From sequence record SRR20825006_1852: a stretch of 59,852 nucleotides of DNA; one strand, written 5' to 3'. A model generated the notes under the pieces. The model was not told where the DNA came from. It made no database searches and saw only the letters and a list, made by a program, of their open reading frames with translations. Both the position numbers and the translations under genes were made by a program. Of the stretch, positions 1 to 9,240 are shown piece by piece. Position 1 is the stretch's first letter. The number at the start of each line of letters is the position of its first letter.

Positions 1-177
1 CATGCCGCCGCCCATTCCTCCCATGCCGCCACCCATGCCTCCCATGCCGCCGCCCATGCCGCCACCCATTCCTCCGCCGCCGCCCATGGCTTGACCGCCA
101 CCGCCGCCGCCCATGCCACCCATGCCGCCGCCCATTCCTCCCATGCCACCGCCCATGCCTCCCATGCCGCCGCCCAT
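1..177 (-). repeat. Coding tandem repeat encoding GGM/GGGM units
   Basis: Repeated catgccgcc/catgcctcc/cattcctcc units; bases 1-57 and 121-177 are near-identical 57-bp copies with 2 mismatches. Confidence 0.85.
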
Positions 178-492
178 CATTCCTTGAGCAAGGACGGGAA
201 CGCCAGCGAAGGCCGCGGGAACGTGGATGTGAAGTGGTTTGTCAGTCAAGTTTTTGACCAACAGGTTGGCTTTTGCCGACGACTGGGGAATGAACTTGGC
301 TTCGACGGTTCCGGCTTCCATGGCCTCGAACAAGCCGTTGACGACGGCTTCCTCGCCACCAGCGCTAGCGGTGGAAGGCGATGCAAAACTCGCGACGGCG
401 AAACCGAGAGCGGCAACGCACATCAGGGAGCTCATTCCGAAGAACGAAGATTGGGTGCAACGAGAGAAGGTGTGGCGATTCACGGTCAACAT
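1..492 (-). CDS. Putative exported protein with Gly/Met-rich low-complexity tract (partial, runs off the window start)
   Basis: Translated by hand; absent from the ORF track because it is truncated. ATG at 492, then MLTVNRH...MCVAALGFAVASFASPSTASA (signal-peptide-like) GGEEAVVNGLFEAMEAGTVEAKFIPQ...VPAAFAGVPVLAQ followed by GMMGGGMGGMGGGM repeats, with no stop down to base 1. Confidence 0.8.
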   Translation of the reverse strand, partial: MLTVNRHTFSRCTQSSFFGMSSLMCVAALGFAVASFASPSTASAGGEEAVVNGLFEAMEAGTVEAKFIPQSSAKANLLVKNLTDKPLHIHVPAAFAGVPVLAQGMMGGGMGGMGGGMGGMGGGMGGMGGGGGGQAMGGGGGMGGGMGGGMGGMGGGMGGMGGGM

Positions 493-796
493 CCTGAGAA
501 TCAGTGTGCAGGGAGAAGTAATGGTCGGGAGCTGAAAGATGGATGGTTGTTGGACGGCAAAATCCACCATCGATTCGGCACCCTGCGTGATCGATCTCCC
601 TGCCGCGACAACCAACGTTGCTGAATGCGGGCGGCAAATCAGCAATCGAAAAGGCTAGACCGGGAGCGATCAAGGTCGGTTCAGTATACTTGGTCCCAGC
701 CCCAGCACCAAATTTTCTTACCGCGCTGGCGACGCAATTCCCGCGGAATTCGGCGGAGTCGACCGGTGAATTCCGCATCGCTTTCGCCGTTTTGGC

Positions 797-1966
797 TCAG
801 CTTTCCTGGCCTCGGACGCTTTGCCGGTACTGGCCGGGTGTCATTCCGAGATCACGTTTGAACACATAATGCATGTATTCCGGATGATCGAACCCCGCTC
901 GGTAAGCGATCTGCTCAGCAGCCATTTCGGTGGTGACCAGCAATTCTCGGACACGTTTGAGCTGAACGTTGCGGATCTCCTGCTGCGGTGTCCGCCCCAA
1001 ATACCGCCGAAGTTGTCGTTCAAGTGTGCTTCGGCTGACGGCCACGTTTTGCAGCACTTCATCAACGGTCAGGCCTTCGCAAGCGTGTTGACGAATGTAC
1101 GCCAAAGCGGAGGCAACCTCGGGGTGATCGATGGCAACAACATCGGTCGAAAGTCGGGTGGCGACTCCGGTCGGCGCGACGACTTGCTGAGTCTCGTGAT
1201 GCGATTCGCCCTTCATCCAGCGGGACAGGCGTTCAGCGGCGAGGAACCCGACAGCTTCCGCGTTTGGAATCACGCTGGACAGCGGTGGCTGGCAGAATTG
1301 GCAAAGCAATTCATCGTTGTCGACACCGATGACGGCGACTTCTTCTGGGACGGTCAATTCCAACGTCGAGCAAACTGCGAGGACGTGTTGGCCTCGCAAA
1401 TCGTTGCAGGTGAAGATCCCGCAGGGTTTGGGTAGCGATTGCAACCATTCCGAGATCGCTTGTTGATCTTCTTCCCAAGGTCGCGCCAGGTTCATCCAAG
1501 GCGAGTTGAATGCGTCGCATTGGCCGCCTTCTTGTTGGATCGTTTTGATGAACGCTTCTTGGCGTCGTTGTGACCACGCTTCGAAGTCAAACCCGCAGAA
1601 GGCAAAGTGTTGAAAACCGCGTTCCATCAAGTGTCGAGCTGCCATCTCACCGATCTTGGCGTCGTCGCTGCGGACGTGTGCTTTGTCGACTTCGCTGCGG
1701 TCGTTCAGTTCCACAACCGGAATGTTCCGCCGGACCGCCGCGTCGATCATTTCGTCGGTGGATCCACGCGAAATGATTCCGTCGCCCTGCCAGTCGTTCA
1801 GCCACGAGGGCGGCGACGTCAACAGGTCTCGTTGTTCTAGGAAGACCGACCAATCTTCTTGCGTTCGCATGAAACGCATGATTCCAGACAGAACTTCACG
1901 TCCGTAGACGGTCGCGGTCTCGACCATCAAGGCGACGTGAGGTTTGGAGCGAGCAGGCTTGTTCAA
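797..1966 (-). CDS. xylR: XylR-type transcriptional regulator (periplasmic-binding-protein-like sensor domain plus C-terminal AraC HTH)
   Basis: 389 aa with VPEEVAVIGVDND, PPLSSV and RLSTD motifs and a C-terminal AraC helix-turn-helix (VSRSTLERQ...GFDHPEYMHYVFKRDLGMTPGQYR); same architecture as E. coli XylR. The inducer is unknown. Confidence 0.85.
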   Translation of the reverse strand: MNKPARSKPHVALMVETATVYGREVLSGIMRFMRTQEDWSVFLEQRDLLTSPPSWLNDWQGDGIISRGSTDEMIDAAVRRNIPVVELNDRSEVDKAHVRSDDAKIGEMAARHLMERGFQHFAFCGFDFEAWSQRRQEAFIKTIQQEGGQCDAFNSPWMNLARPWEEDQQAISEWLQSLPKPCGIFTCNDLRGQHVLAVCSTLELTVPEEVAVIGVDNDELLCQFCQPPLSSVIPNAEAVGFLAAERLSRWMKGESHHETQQVVAPTGVATRLSTDVVAIDHPEVASALAYIRQHACEGLTVDEVLQNVAVSRSTLERQLRRYLGRTPQQEIRNVQLKRVRELLVTTEMAAEQIAYRAGFDHPEYMHYVFKRDLGMTPGQYRQSVRGQES

Positions 1967-2038
1967 CGCGCGTCCTTCGACAGAAAAGTCAGCTGATTAG
2001 ATAAGGCGATGAGTATCGCATAGAAAAGTGTGATCGCT

Positions 2039-2791
2039 TCAGACGCCATTCGCAAACTCCGGCGATGCGTCTCCTTCGTTGGTCGCAGTCTCAGAGGAAT
2101 CCGATTCGCGTTTCTTCCGGCCGCTGATCGGCACCGCCAAAGGGCCACCGAACGCGTCGTAAACCACCAGGAAATTCAGCAAACCGGCAATCATCGTGTA
2201 CCAAGTTCCCATTTCGTATCCCGATCCGCGCCGGGCGTACCAGGCGGCGACCTCATCGGCCTCGGATTCAACGACTGGGCGATGCGGAGGTGCCATGAAG
2301 CCATTCCACAAAGGCTCGTAGTCCGAACGGGTCCGGCCGCGGCTGTCCGTCGCCAGTCGCATCCGGTTGCCTTGAACCAAGGCTGGAAGTGCTGCGGAGC
2401 CGACTCCGGCCTGCAGGACATAGTGCCAGCGTTTGTCGCCTGGATACCAGGAAGCATAGACGACGTGAAATCCGCCAAGGGCAAAACCCAGCATCCAAAT
2501 CGAGAGAATGCTGATTACGAACAAGGTCCCTTTTGTGTGTCGACCTTGGTAGAAATGGCCAGCGCCGGGGACCAGCCAAGCAAGAAAGGCGGCCAAATAG
2601 CGATTTCGCAGGTCGACATGGATCCCGTCCACTTCGATCTGAGAGTCGCCGTTGAAGACCTTGGGATTGATTTTGATGGACTCCGGTTTTGGCTTGGAGT
2701 CCTTTGCAGAATCCTGTTTGGAATCAGAGTCGGTGGAATTCTCGCCAGGGTTGGTCTCAGCGTCTCGGGTCTTGCGTGAACGTTGGGCCAT
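2039..2791 (-). CDS. Membrane protein, DUF6677-like
   Basis: LAAFLAWLVPGAGHFYQGR..KG motif and hydrophobic segments, ending in TMIAGLLNFLVVYDA. Start placed at ATG 2791 (alternative 2863); the track start at 3163 overlaps the divergent gene. Confidence 0.65.
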   Translation of the reverse strand: MAQRSRKTRDAETNPGENSTDSDSKQDSAKDSKPKPESIKINPKVFNGDSQIEVDGIHVDLRNRYLAAFLAWLVPGAGHFYQGRHTKGTLFVISILSIWMLGFALGGFHVVYASWYPGDKRWHYVLQAGVGSAALPALVQGNRMRLATDSRGRTRSDYEPLWNGFMAPPHRPVVESEADEVAAWYARRGSGYEMGTWYTMIAGLLNFLVVYDAFGGPLAVPISGRKKRESDSSETATNEGDASPEFANGV

Positions 2792-3175
2792 GAGTGTGGA
2801 GCAAACGAAAATTCGGAAAGCGGGCGGATGCCCAGACGGTGGGGCAATGGAGGAACGCGTCATTTTGCGAAATTCAGTCCGTCGGCGATAGACAGTCGCA
2901 TCGATTCCGGCCGGCGGAACGCTAATTCGCTGGTGAAGACCAATGGTCACGAAAGTCGATTGGAAGGCAATATGTCTTAGTTTTGGTCGCGGGTTGATTG
3001 TGGTGAGGTCATGCGTGATTGGTGAGGCAGAGCGTGTTGAAGGGAAGATCGTGACCATCTGTGAGGGTTGAAAGGAAGAAAAATCTGCCTGGCGGCTGTG
3101 AGTGAGCAGGTGACGCTGTATGGTATGTAGTCTAGCCGTGAACCCATTTGCATGATGCAACACCCGAGGATGTCC

Positions 3176-4831
3176 ATGAACACCACCACGCTGATTTCCT
3201 TTCTATTCTTCACCGGCATGGTGGCGTTTTTGACTTGGTGGAAAACGCGTGGCAGCGATGTGGACACCGACGAGGGCTATTTCTTGGCCGGTCGGTCTTT
3301 GACAGGAGTCTTCATCGCCGGTTCGTTGTTGCTGACGAATCTGTCGACCGAACAGTTGGTCGGACTCAATGCGGATTCTTTTCGCGATGGCTTGTCAGTG
3401 ATGTGCTGGGAAGTCGTTGCTGGGATTTCGCTTGTGATTCTCGCTTTGGTTTTCCTGCCCCGGTATCTGAAGTCCGGAATCGCGACGATTCCACAGTTTT
3501 TGGAAGAACGCTACGGTCGCAGCGTCCGTGCATTGACCGCGGGAATTTTTATCGTGGCATACATGCTGATTCTGTTGCCGTTCGTGCTGTTCTTGGGGGC
3601 AAACGGACTGAACAGTATGCTTTCGTTGAACGTGAAATTTGGTGTCACCGATTACCAAATGATTTGGATGCTGCTCGTCTTCATTGCGACATTGGGCGGT
3701 GCCTACGCCATTTTCGGTGGCTTGCGGGCGATCGCGGTGTCCGACACTTTCAATGGTGCGGGGCTGCTCGTCGGCGGTTTGATGATCACCTACTTTTCAT
3801 TGCAGGTCGTCGCTGGCGATGACGGTGGAATCAGCGGGGCTCTTCAGAAAATCGACGCAGCCGACCCGGATGCCTTTCGGTCGCTTGGGGCCGATAATGA
3901 GTCCACCCACTGGCCAACGTTGTTCACGGGAGTGTTGTTGCTGAATTTTTTCTACTGGACCACCAACCAGCAGATCATTCAGCGAACGTTTGGTGCCAAG
4001 AATTTGGCCGAAGGTCAAAAGGGCGTCTTGCTTGCGGCGTTCTTCAAAATCTTGGCGCCGTTGATTTTGGTGCTGCCAGGAATTGCAGCGGCCTATTTAG
4101 TCGTCACCGCGAACGATCAACAAATGATCGATGCGGTCGGAACCAATTCCGATGGCGATTGGAATTCTAGTCAGGCCTACGGTGCTTTGGTCGCTCGAGT
4201 GTTGCCTGAGTGGCTGCTGGGTTTCTTCGCAGCGGTCGTCATTGGCTCCATCCTTTCAACCTTCAACTCCGTGCTGAACTCTGCGGCAACTTTGTTTTCG
4301 CTGGACGTTTACAAGCAATACATTCGACCGGATGCGACCACCAAACAGGTTCGCTTCTCGGGTCAGGTTTGCAGCTTTGTTGTCGCCATCTTTGCCGTGA
4401 TTGCGGCACCGTTGGTGTTTTATGGACGCGACGGAGTGTTCAGCTTTTTCCAAGGATTGAACGGTGTGTACTTCATCCCGCTAGCTTCCGTCATTCTGTT
4501 GGGGTTGTTCCATAAAACCGCAGACGGACGATCCGCGATGGCTGCGTTGATCGTTGGCTTGGTCCTGATGGTGATCGGTACGTTCTTTGGCGGTGGCGAA
4601 GATGGATGGTTGGAAGCCACGTTCGTCAATGGTTTCCACTACATGGGAGCCGTGTTTGCATTTTTGATCGTGATGCAATTGGTCATGGTGGCGATGGGAA
4701 TTCGCCGTGATTCGCCGTACGAGCAACGAGATGCCAAGCTTGTTGACTTAACGCCGTGGAAACCAGCACCGTACGTCGGAGGCGTTTTGGTTCTGTTGTG
4801 CCTTGGCGTCTACGCTTTCTTTGCGATCTAG
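3176..4831 (+). CDS. Sodium:solute symporter (SSS family, YidK/SGLT-like sugar transporter)
   Basis: YFLAGRSL, SLLLTNLSTEQLVG, TIPQFLEERY, YAIFGGLRA and YWTTNQQIIQR motifs, many hydrophobic segments; GAGGA precedes ATG 3176. Confidence 0.92.
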   Translation: MNTTTLISFLFFTGMVAFLTWWKTRGSDVDTDEGYFLAGRSLTGVFIAGSLLLTNLSTEQLVGLNADSFRDGLSVMCWEVVAGISLVILALVFLPRYLKSGIATIPQFLEERYGRSVRALTAGIFIVAYMLILLPFVLFLGANGLNSMLSLNVKFGVTDYQMIWMLLVFIATLGGAYAIFGGLRAIAVSDTFNGAGLLVGGLMITYFSLQVVAGDDGGISGALQKIDAADPDAFRSLGADNESTHWPTLFTGVLLLNFFYWTTNQQIIQRTFGAKNLAEGQKGVLLAAFFKILAPLILVLPGIAAAYLVVTANDQQMIDAVGTNSDGDWNSSQAYGALVARVLPEWLLGFFAAVVIGSILSTFNSVLNSAATLFSLDVYKQYIRPDATTKQVRFSGQVCSFVVAIFAVIAAPLVFYGRDGVFSFFQGLNGVYFIPLASVILLGLFHKTADGRSAMAALIVGLVLMVIGTFFGGGEDGWLEATFVNGFHYMGAVFAFLIVMQLVMVAMGIRRDSPYEQRDAKLVDLTPWKPAPYVGGVLVLLCLGVYAFFAI

Positions 4832-4897
4832 ATCCGTTGTTACCTTCGGCTAACTTTCAAATTCAAAATCATGTTTGTCGCTTCTTGGAGAGATGGA

Positions 4898-6025
4898 ATG
4901 AACCGATTCAATGCAAAATGGTTCGCCGGTTTGTTGATGCTTGGTTGCCTCGCCAATCCGGCCACCGCGCAAGATCAAATGCAAGTCGAAGACTTTGATT
5001 CGATCGAGCTGTACACGCTCGAGAACCAATCGGGTGCGAAGGTACAAATCACGAACTTCGGCGCGATCGTGACATCGATCGTGGTACCCGATCGCGATGG
5101 GAAACTGGGGGATGTCGCATTAGGGTACGACTCTGTTGAGAGTTACATCAATGCGGTCGACAAGCCTTACTTCGGTGCCATCGTTGGACGCTACGGCAAC
5201 CGTATCGCCAATGGTGAGTTCTCGTTGAATGGTGAGACGTATTCGTTGGCAACCAACAACGGACCCAACCATCTGCATGGCGGCGTGATCGGTTTTGACA
5301 AAGTTGTTTGGGACGCCGAACCGACCGCGGTGAATGGCAAACCAGCACTGAAATTGACTTATTTGGCCAAAGACGGTGAAGAAGGTTATCCAGGCAATCT
5401 GCAAGTTGCGGTGACCTACCAGTGGACGGACGAGAACAAATTGATCGTCCGCTACGAAGCGACAACAGATAAGGCCACCCCGGTCAATTTGACCCAGCAC
5501 ACGTATTTCAATTTGGCCGGTGAAGGCAACGGTACGATTCTCGATCATGAGCTGATGTTGAATGCGTCGAAGTTCACTCCGGTTGATTCGACATTGATTC
5601 CCACAGGAGAACTTCGCAATGTCGAGGGGACGCCGTTCGACTTTCGAAAAGCGAAAGCGATTGGACGAGATGTGGGCATGGAAAACGAACAGCTCGAATT
5701 CGGTTTGGGGTATGACCACAACTTCGTGTTGGATTCATCCGACAAAGAGGGCGACCTGACGTTGGCGGCGCGAGTTTTCGAGCCGACAACAGGACGAACA
5801 ATGGAGATTCACACCAGTGAACCGGGGATTCAGTTTTACTGTGGAAACTTTCTGGACGGTCGCTTGGTAGGGAAGTCAGGCAAGTCCTACGTTCATCGCG
5901 GTGGATTCTGCTTGGAGACTCAGCACTACCCGGACAGCCCTAATCAATCAACGTTTCCCTCCGCAATTTTGAAACCGGGCGACAAGTACGAAACGACAAC
6001 CGTGTTTCATTTCTCAACGAAGTAG
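4898..6025 (+). CDS. galM: Aldose 1-epimerase (mutarotase) with N-terminal signal peptide
   Basis: GRYGNRI, NHLHGG, GEEGYPG, NLTQHTYFNL, GYDHNF and FCLETQHYPDSPN motifs; N-terminus MNRFNAKWFAGLLMLGCLANPATA resembles a Sec signal. Confidence 0.92.
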   Translation: MNRFNAKWFAGLLMLGCLANPATAQDQMQVEDFDSIELYTLENQSGAKVQITNFGAIVTSIVVPDRDGKLGDVALGYDSVESYINAVDKPYFGAIVGRYGNRIANGEFSLNGETYSLATNNGPNHLHGGVIGFDKVVWDAEPTAVNGKPALKLTYLAKDGEEGYPGNLQVAVTYQWTDENKLIVRYEATTDKATPVNLTQHTYFNLAGEGNGTILDHELMLNASKFTPVDSTLIPTGELRNVEGTPFDFRKAKAIGRDVGMENEQLEFGLGYDHNFVLDSSDKEGDLTLAARVFEPTTGRTMEIHTSEPGIQFYCGNFLDGRLVGKSGKSYVHRGGFCLETQHYPDSPNQSTFPSAILKPGDKYETTTVFHFSTK

Positions 6026-6168
6026 TCGGCGCTGTTCATTTGTCATCCCCACGAAGTTGGTCGCGGTCGAAGTTGGCTGTGCTTGTCGCTGTCACGAACC
6101 CATGGCCGATACACGACGGCCGGTCGCTGTATCGCGAATTTCGACTCAATCAACTGACGGCATGCGGT

Positions 6169-6208
6169 CGCGAATCGCTTCGAGGGAATTCCTGGAAGCG
6201 ATTTCGCG
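6169..6208. other. Long intergenic hairpin, possible terminator or processing stem downstream of galM
   Basis: CGCGAATCGCTTC (6169-6181) pairs with GAAGCGATTTCGCG (6195-6208) with one bulge, and inner AGG/CCT extends the stem; no clear U-tract follows. Confidence 0.45.
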
Positions 6209-6265
6209 TTCTCGAAGACATCGGCTGCCTCACCAATTGTGTCTTTTTCTGAAAGCTGCGATCAT

Positions 6266-6288
6266 TTGGGACAGGTAACCTGTCTCAA
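6266..6288. promoter_or_regulatory. Near-perfect 23-bp palindrome, candidate operator
   Basis: TTGGGACAGGT-A-ACCTGTCTCAA, 10 of 11 arm positions matched, 21 bp upstream of the 6310 start codon. Confidence 0.45.
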
Positions 6289-6309
6289 GTCCACGCCTCA
6301 GGAACGACA

Positions 6310-6648
6310 TTGGCTGCAAATCAATTTCAGCGAAACGACAGGGTGATCTACCGGAAACAAAAGAGCAGTGTTTCTCCGGGGCCACGAGCATCCGACGTTC
6401 ATGCCGCAGGAAAAGGCAACACCTACCGGTACGTCGTAGAGAAGTACTGGGTGGTGGAAGAGGTCCTGGATGACAACCGGTTGAAAATTTGCACGCGTCG
6501 CGGCAAACGACACTGGGTGAGTGCCGACGATCTTTCTTTGCGAAAGGCCCGATGGTGGGAACGTCTGCTGTATCGCAGTCGATTTGAGGCCATCGATCTG
6601 AATTCGCCGGTCAGTCTCGAAGACGAGATCGGAAGTCCGACCAGTTGA
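6310..6648 (+). CDS. Small basic hypothetical protein
   Basis: 112 aa; AGGA precedes the TTG start; Arg/Lys/Trp-rich with beta-strand-like segments (DRVIYRKQK, YRYVVEKYWVV); fills the gap between neighbouring genes. Confidence 0.65.
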   Translation: MAANQFQRNDRVIYRKQKSSVSPGPRASDVHAAGKGNTYRYVVEKYWVVEEVLDDNRLKICTRRGKRHWVSADDLSLRKARWWERLLYRSRFEAIDLNSPVSLEDEIGSPTS

Positions 6649-6685
6649 TCGCTTGCCCACGCGAATGAACGATCCCGCTCACCGC

Positions 6686-8986
6686 TTAGCAGCTCGCCAT
6701 CGTCAATTCGCTCGCACGGTCTCGAGCGCCCTTGAGGTCCAATTTGCCGGTTCCAAGCAATGGAATCTCATCAACTTCATAGAAACTGTCGGCCGACGGG
6801 ATGAACAGATTGGCCAATCCTGCGGCCTTCAAGCCTTCTCGCAGCGAATCCGGTGTCTGGGAGGTTGGAAGATGCAAGACGATGATGCGTTCCCCTTTGC
6901 GTTCGCACGGAACCGCGGTTACACAGACTCGCACTTGGTCGTCGTCATCGCCATCGGCTAGCAGTTTGCCGAGCTCTTCTTCAATGCGAACGTGCGGCAC
7001 CATCTCGCCAGCGATCTTCGAGAAACGGCTCAGACGACCGGTGATGTGCAGGAATCCATCGCCGTCGATGTGGGCGATATCGCCGGTTGTGTACCAGCCA
7101 TCGACGACGGCAGTTTGCGTTAGGTCATCGCGGTTCGCGTAACCTCGCATCACATTTGGGCCGGTTACCAGCAGCATTCCATCTTCACCCGCGTCCAGTT
7201 CGGTTCCATCGTCGGGTGAAACGATTCGTGCTGAGATGCCGGGCAATGGACGTCCGACACTGCCTTCAACGCGGTCGGGTTGGAATTTCGCAGCCGATCG
7301 TGAGGGCGGAATGTTGACGCTGACCAATGGGCTCATTTCGGTCGTGCCGTATCCTTCGACGGGGCGAACGCCAAAGCGTTTTTCAAATGCGTCAAACAGA
7401 TCCGCGGGCATTTTTTCTGCACCAACGACCGCGACGTTCAGCGTTTTGAATTGTTCCGGTGTGATGCGACGGAGGTATCCACGCATGAAGGTAGGCGTGC
7501 CAAGCAAGACGGTGGCTTTGTACTTCTCAGCGAGTTTGCCGATTTGTTTGGAATCCAACGGGTTGAAGTGATAAACGCCCGCGGGGCCGAGCGTTTGTGC
7601 GGCCCAAAGCGTGACCGCGTAGCCAAACGAATGGAAGAACGGCAGGACGCCGATGACGACGTCCTCGGTGTTGAGCCGAATGGCGCGATTGACCGCATCG
7701 ACATTGTGGCTGACGTTCGCGTTGGATAGCAGAACGCCCTTTGGCATTCCGGTGGAACCGCTGGTGAAGATCACGGTTAGCAGGTCGTCGCTTTGAACTT
7801 TATTGAGCCCCAAAATTCGGTCGAGCAACCAGCTGGGCACGATCGTCGCTTGCAGAGCAGCGATGACTTTGTCGGCCAAGCTGACTTTCTCTTTGAGCTT
7901 GTCCAACGAAACGATCTCGGCATCCAGTTCCACGTCGATCTTTTCCAAGAACCGGTCGCTTGTCAGCACATGCTTGATTCCCACGTCACGGATGCAGTGG
8001 TTCATCACTTCGCTGCTGACCGTGTAGTTTAGGTTCGCACTGACACGACGATCGGCGGCAAGAGCAACATTGACTGCGACGGCACCAACACTTGGAGGAA
8101 GTAGTATGCCGACGAATTGCTCATCTTTGGCGAACACTTCGCGATGAAGACATCGACGAAGAGCGAGCGTGTTGATCAACAGCTTTCGGCCACCAACTTC
8201 GGTGCCCAAGGTGTCGGCGGCTTGCAAACGTTTGCCTCGGCGTCGCCAAACCCGAAGGACTTGTCGTGCCAAAACAGGAAATTCGCGACGGTGATCGATT
8301 TGGGCCTTTGAACCCAATGCCTGAACCTTGCCACGAACGGCAGAAATGGGGGCATCGGCAGGGAGAGGTTCGCCGACGTAAACAGTGATGGTGCGACGGA
8401 ATTTGTCGGGCCATTTCCAAAAGTATTTGCCGCCGGAGAAACTGAAAATGCTGCCCCACATTCCTTCCAAATGAACCGGAACGATCTTCGCGTCGGTGTT
8501 CTTCAGAATCTTGCTCATTCCCGGACGGAATGCCTGCAATTGCCCGGTTCGCGTGATGGTTCCTTCAGGAAAAATGCCCACCACGTCGCCATTGTTCAGG
8601 CCTTCGCGAGCGTCACGAATCGCTCGCCCAATCGACTTGGGGCCGCCCATCATGAAAATCGTGTCGAAGGCTCGGCCGAGGTAGTCGCCAATTTTCGAAG
8701 TGAAATTGCTGCCGTCGACGACAAAGCGAACATTTCGCGGCAGGGCCCAAAGGATCAAAATGCCGTCGATCCACGAGGTGTGATTGCTGACCAGGAGACA
8801 ACCGCCTTCGGTCGGGAAGTTCTCCAAACCGACAACTCGTTTCCGGTAGAAAATTTCTAACACCGGACGGAACAAGCAGCGAACAAACAATCGCGGCTTC
8901 CAGACGGCCATTGCGATCGCGATGGCCAACAGGGCGACTAGAACAATCAGGATGATCAGATACGTGTCCACCGTCAGCGGCTCCAC
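6686..8986 (-). CDS. aas: Aas-like bifunctional lysophospholipid acyltransferase / acyl-ACP synthetase
   Basis: N-terminal TM helix; PlsC-type motifs NHTSWID and IFPEG; C-terminal AMP-binding motifs IFTSGSTGMPKG, EGYGTTE, WYTTGD, GRLSRFSKIAGE and GTGKLD. Confidence 0.85.
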   Translation of the reverse strand: MEPLTVDTYLIILIVLVALLAIAIAMAVWKPRLFVRCLFRPVLEIFYRKRVVGLENFPTEGGCLLVSNHTSWIDGILILWALPRNVRFVVDGSNFTSKIGDYLGRAFDTIFMMGGPKSIGRAIRDAREGLNNGDVVGIFPEGTITRTGQLQAFRPGMSKILKNTDAKIVPVHLEGMWGSIFSFSGGKYFWKWPDKFRRTITVYVGEPLPADAPISAVRGKVQALGSKAQIDHRREFPVLARQVLRVWRRRGKRLQAADTLGTEVGGRKLLINTLALRRCLHREVFAKDEQFVGILLPPSVGAVAVNVALAADRRVSANLNYTVSSEVMNHCIRDVGIKHVLTSDRFLEKIDVELDAEIVSLDKLKEKVSLADKVIAALQATIVPSWLLDRILGLNKVQSDDLLTVIFTSGSTGMPKGVLLSNANVSHNVDAVNRAIRLNTEDVVIGVLPFFHSFGYAVTLWAAQTLGPAGVYHFNPLDSKQIGKLAEKYKATVLLGTPTFMRGYLRRITPEQFKTLNVAVVGAEKMPADLFDAFEKRFGVRPVEGYGTTEMSPLVSVNIPPSRSAAKFQPDRVEGSVGRPLPGISARIVSPDDGTELDAGEDGMLLVTGPNVMRGYANRDDLTQTAVVDGWYTTGDIAHIDGDGFLHITGRLSRFSKIAGEMVPHVRIEEELGKLLADGDDDDQVRVCVTAVPCERKGERIIVLHLPTSQTPDSLREGLKAAGLANLFIPSADSFYEVDEIPLLGTGKLDLKGARDRASELTMASC

Positions 8987-9240
8987 CTACACAAGTCGAA
9001 AAGTTTGTGGCTGCATCCTCGTGAGCAGCCCAACGCATGATGATACGGTCTGGAGCCCCGCTTCGAGAGTGCGACTCGCGGAAATCCTCGGTTGCTGCCA
9101 AGAAGACTCGAAAAAGTTACCATGGCTGGTTCGTTTTGAGTTCAAAAGGATTGACGCGAGATTCGTTGGAACCTTTCGGTTTCTTGTCGCATGTGCGATC
9201 CCGATCGACACACCACGGTTTGCATCCAGTAGGAAATGGA

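Noticed and set aside
91-624. His/Ala-rich 177-aa ORF on the + strand (MTATAAAHATHAAAH...)
   Set aside because: It is the antisense shadow of the GGM-repeat gene on the - strand, which has a credible signal peptide and folded region.
2864-3163. N-terminal extension of the 374-aa ORF 2039..3163
   Set aside because: It spans the divergent promoter region, reaches the start region of the symporter ORF and has no protein-like features; the real start is probably 2791 or 2863.
6686-8986. Aas-like acyl-AMP ligase as the starter-loading enzyme for the PKS-NRPS
   Set aside because: It is about 14 kb away, separated by unrelated genes, and fully explained by lysophospholipid recycling.
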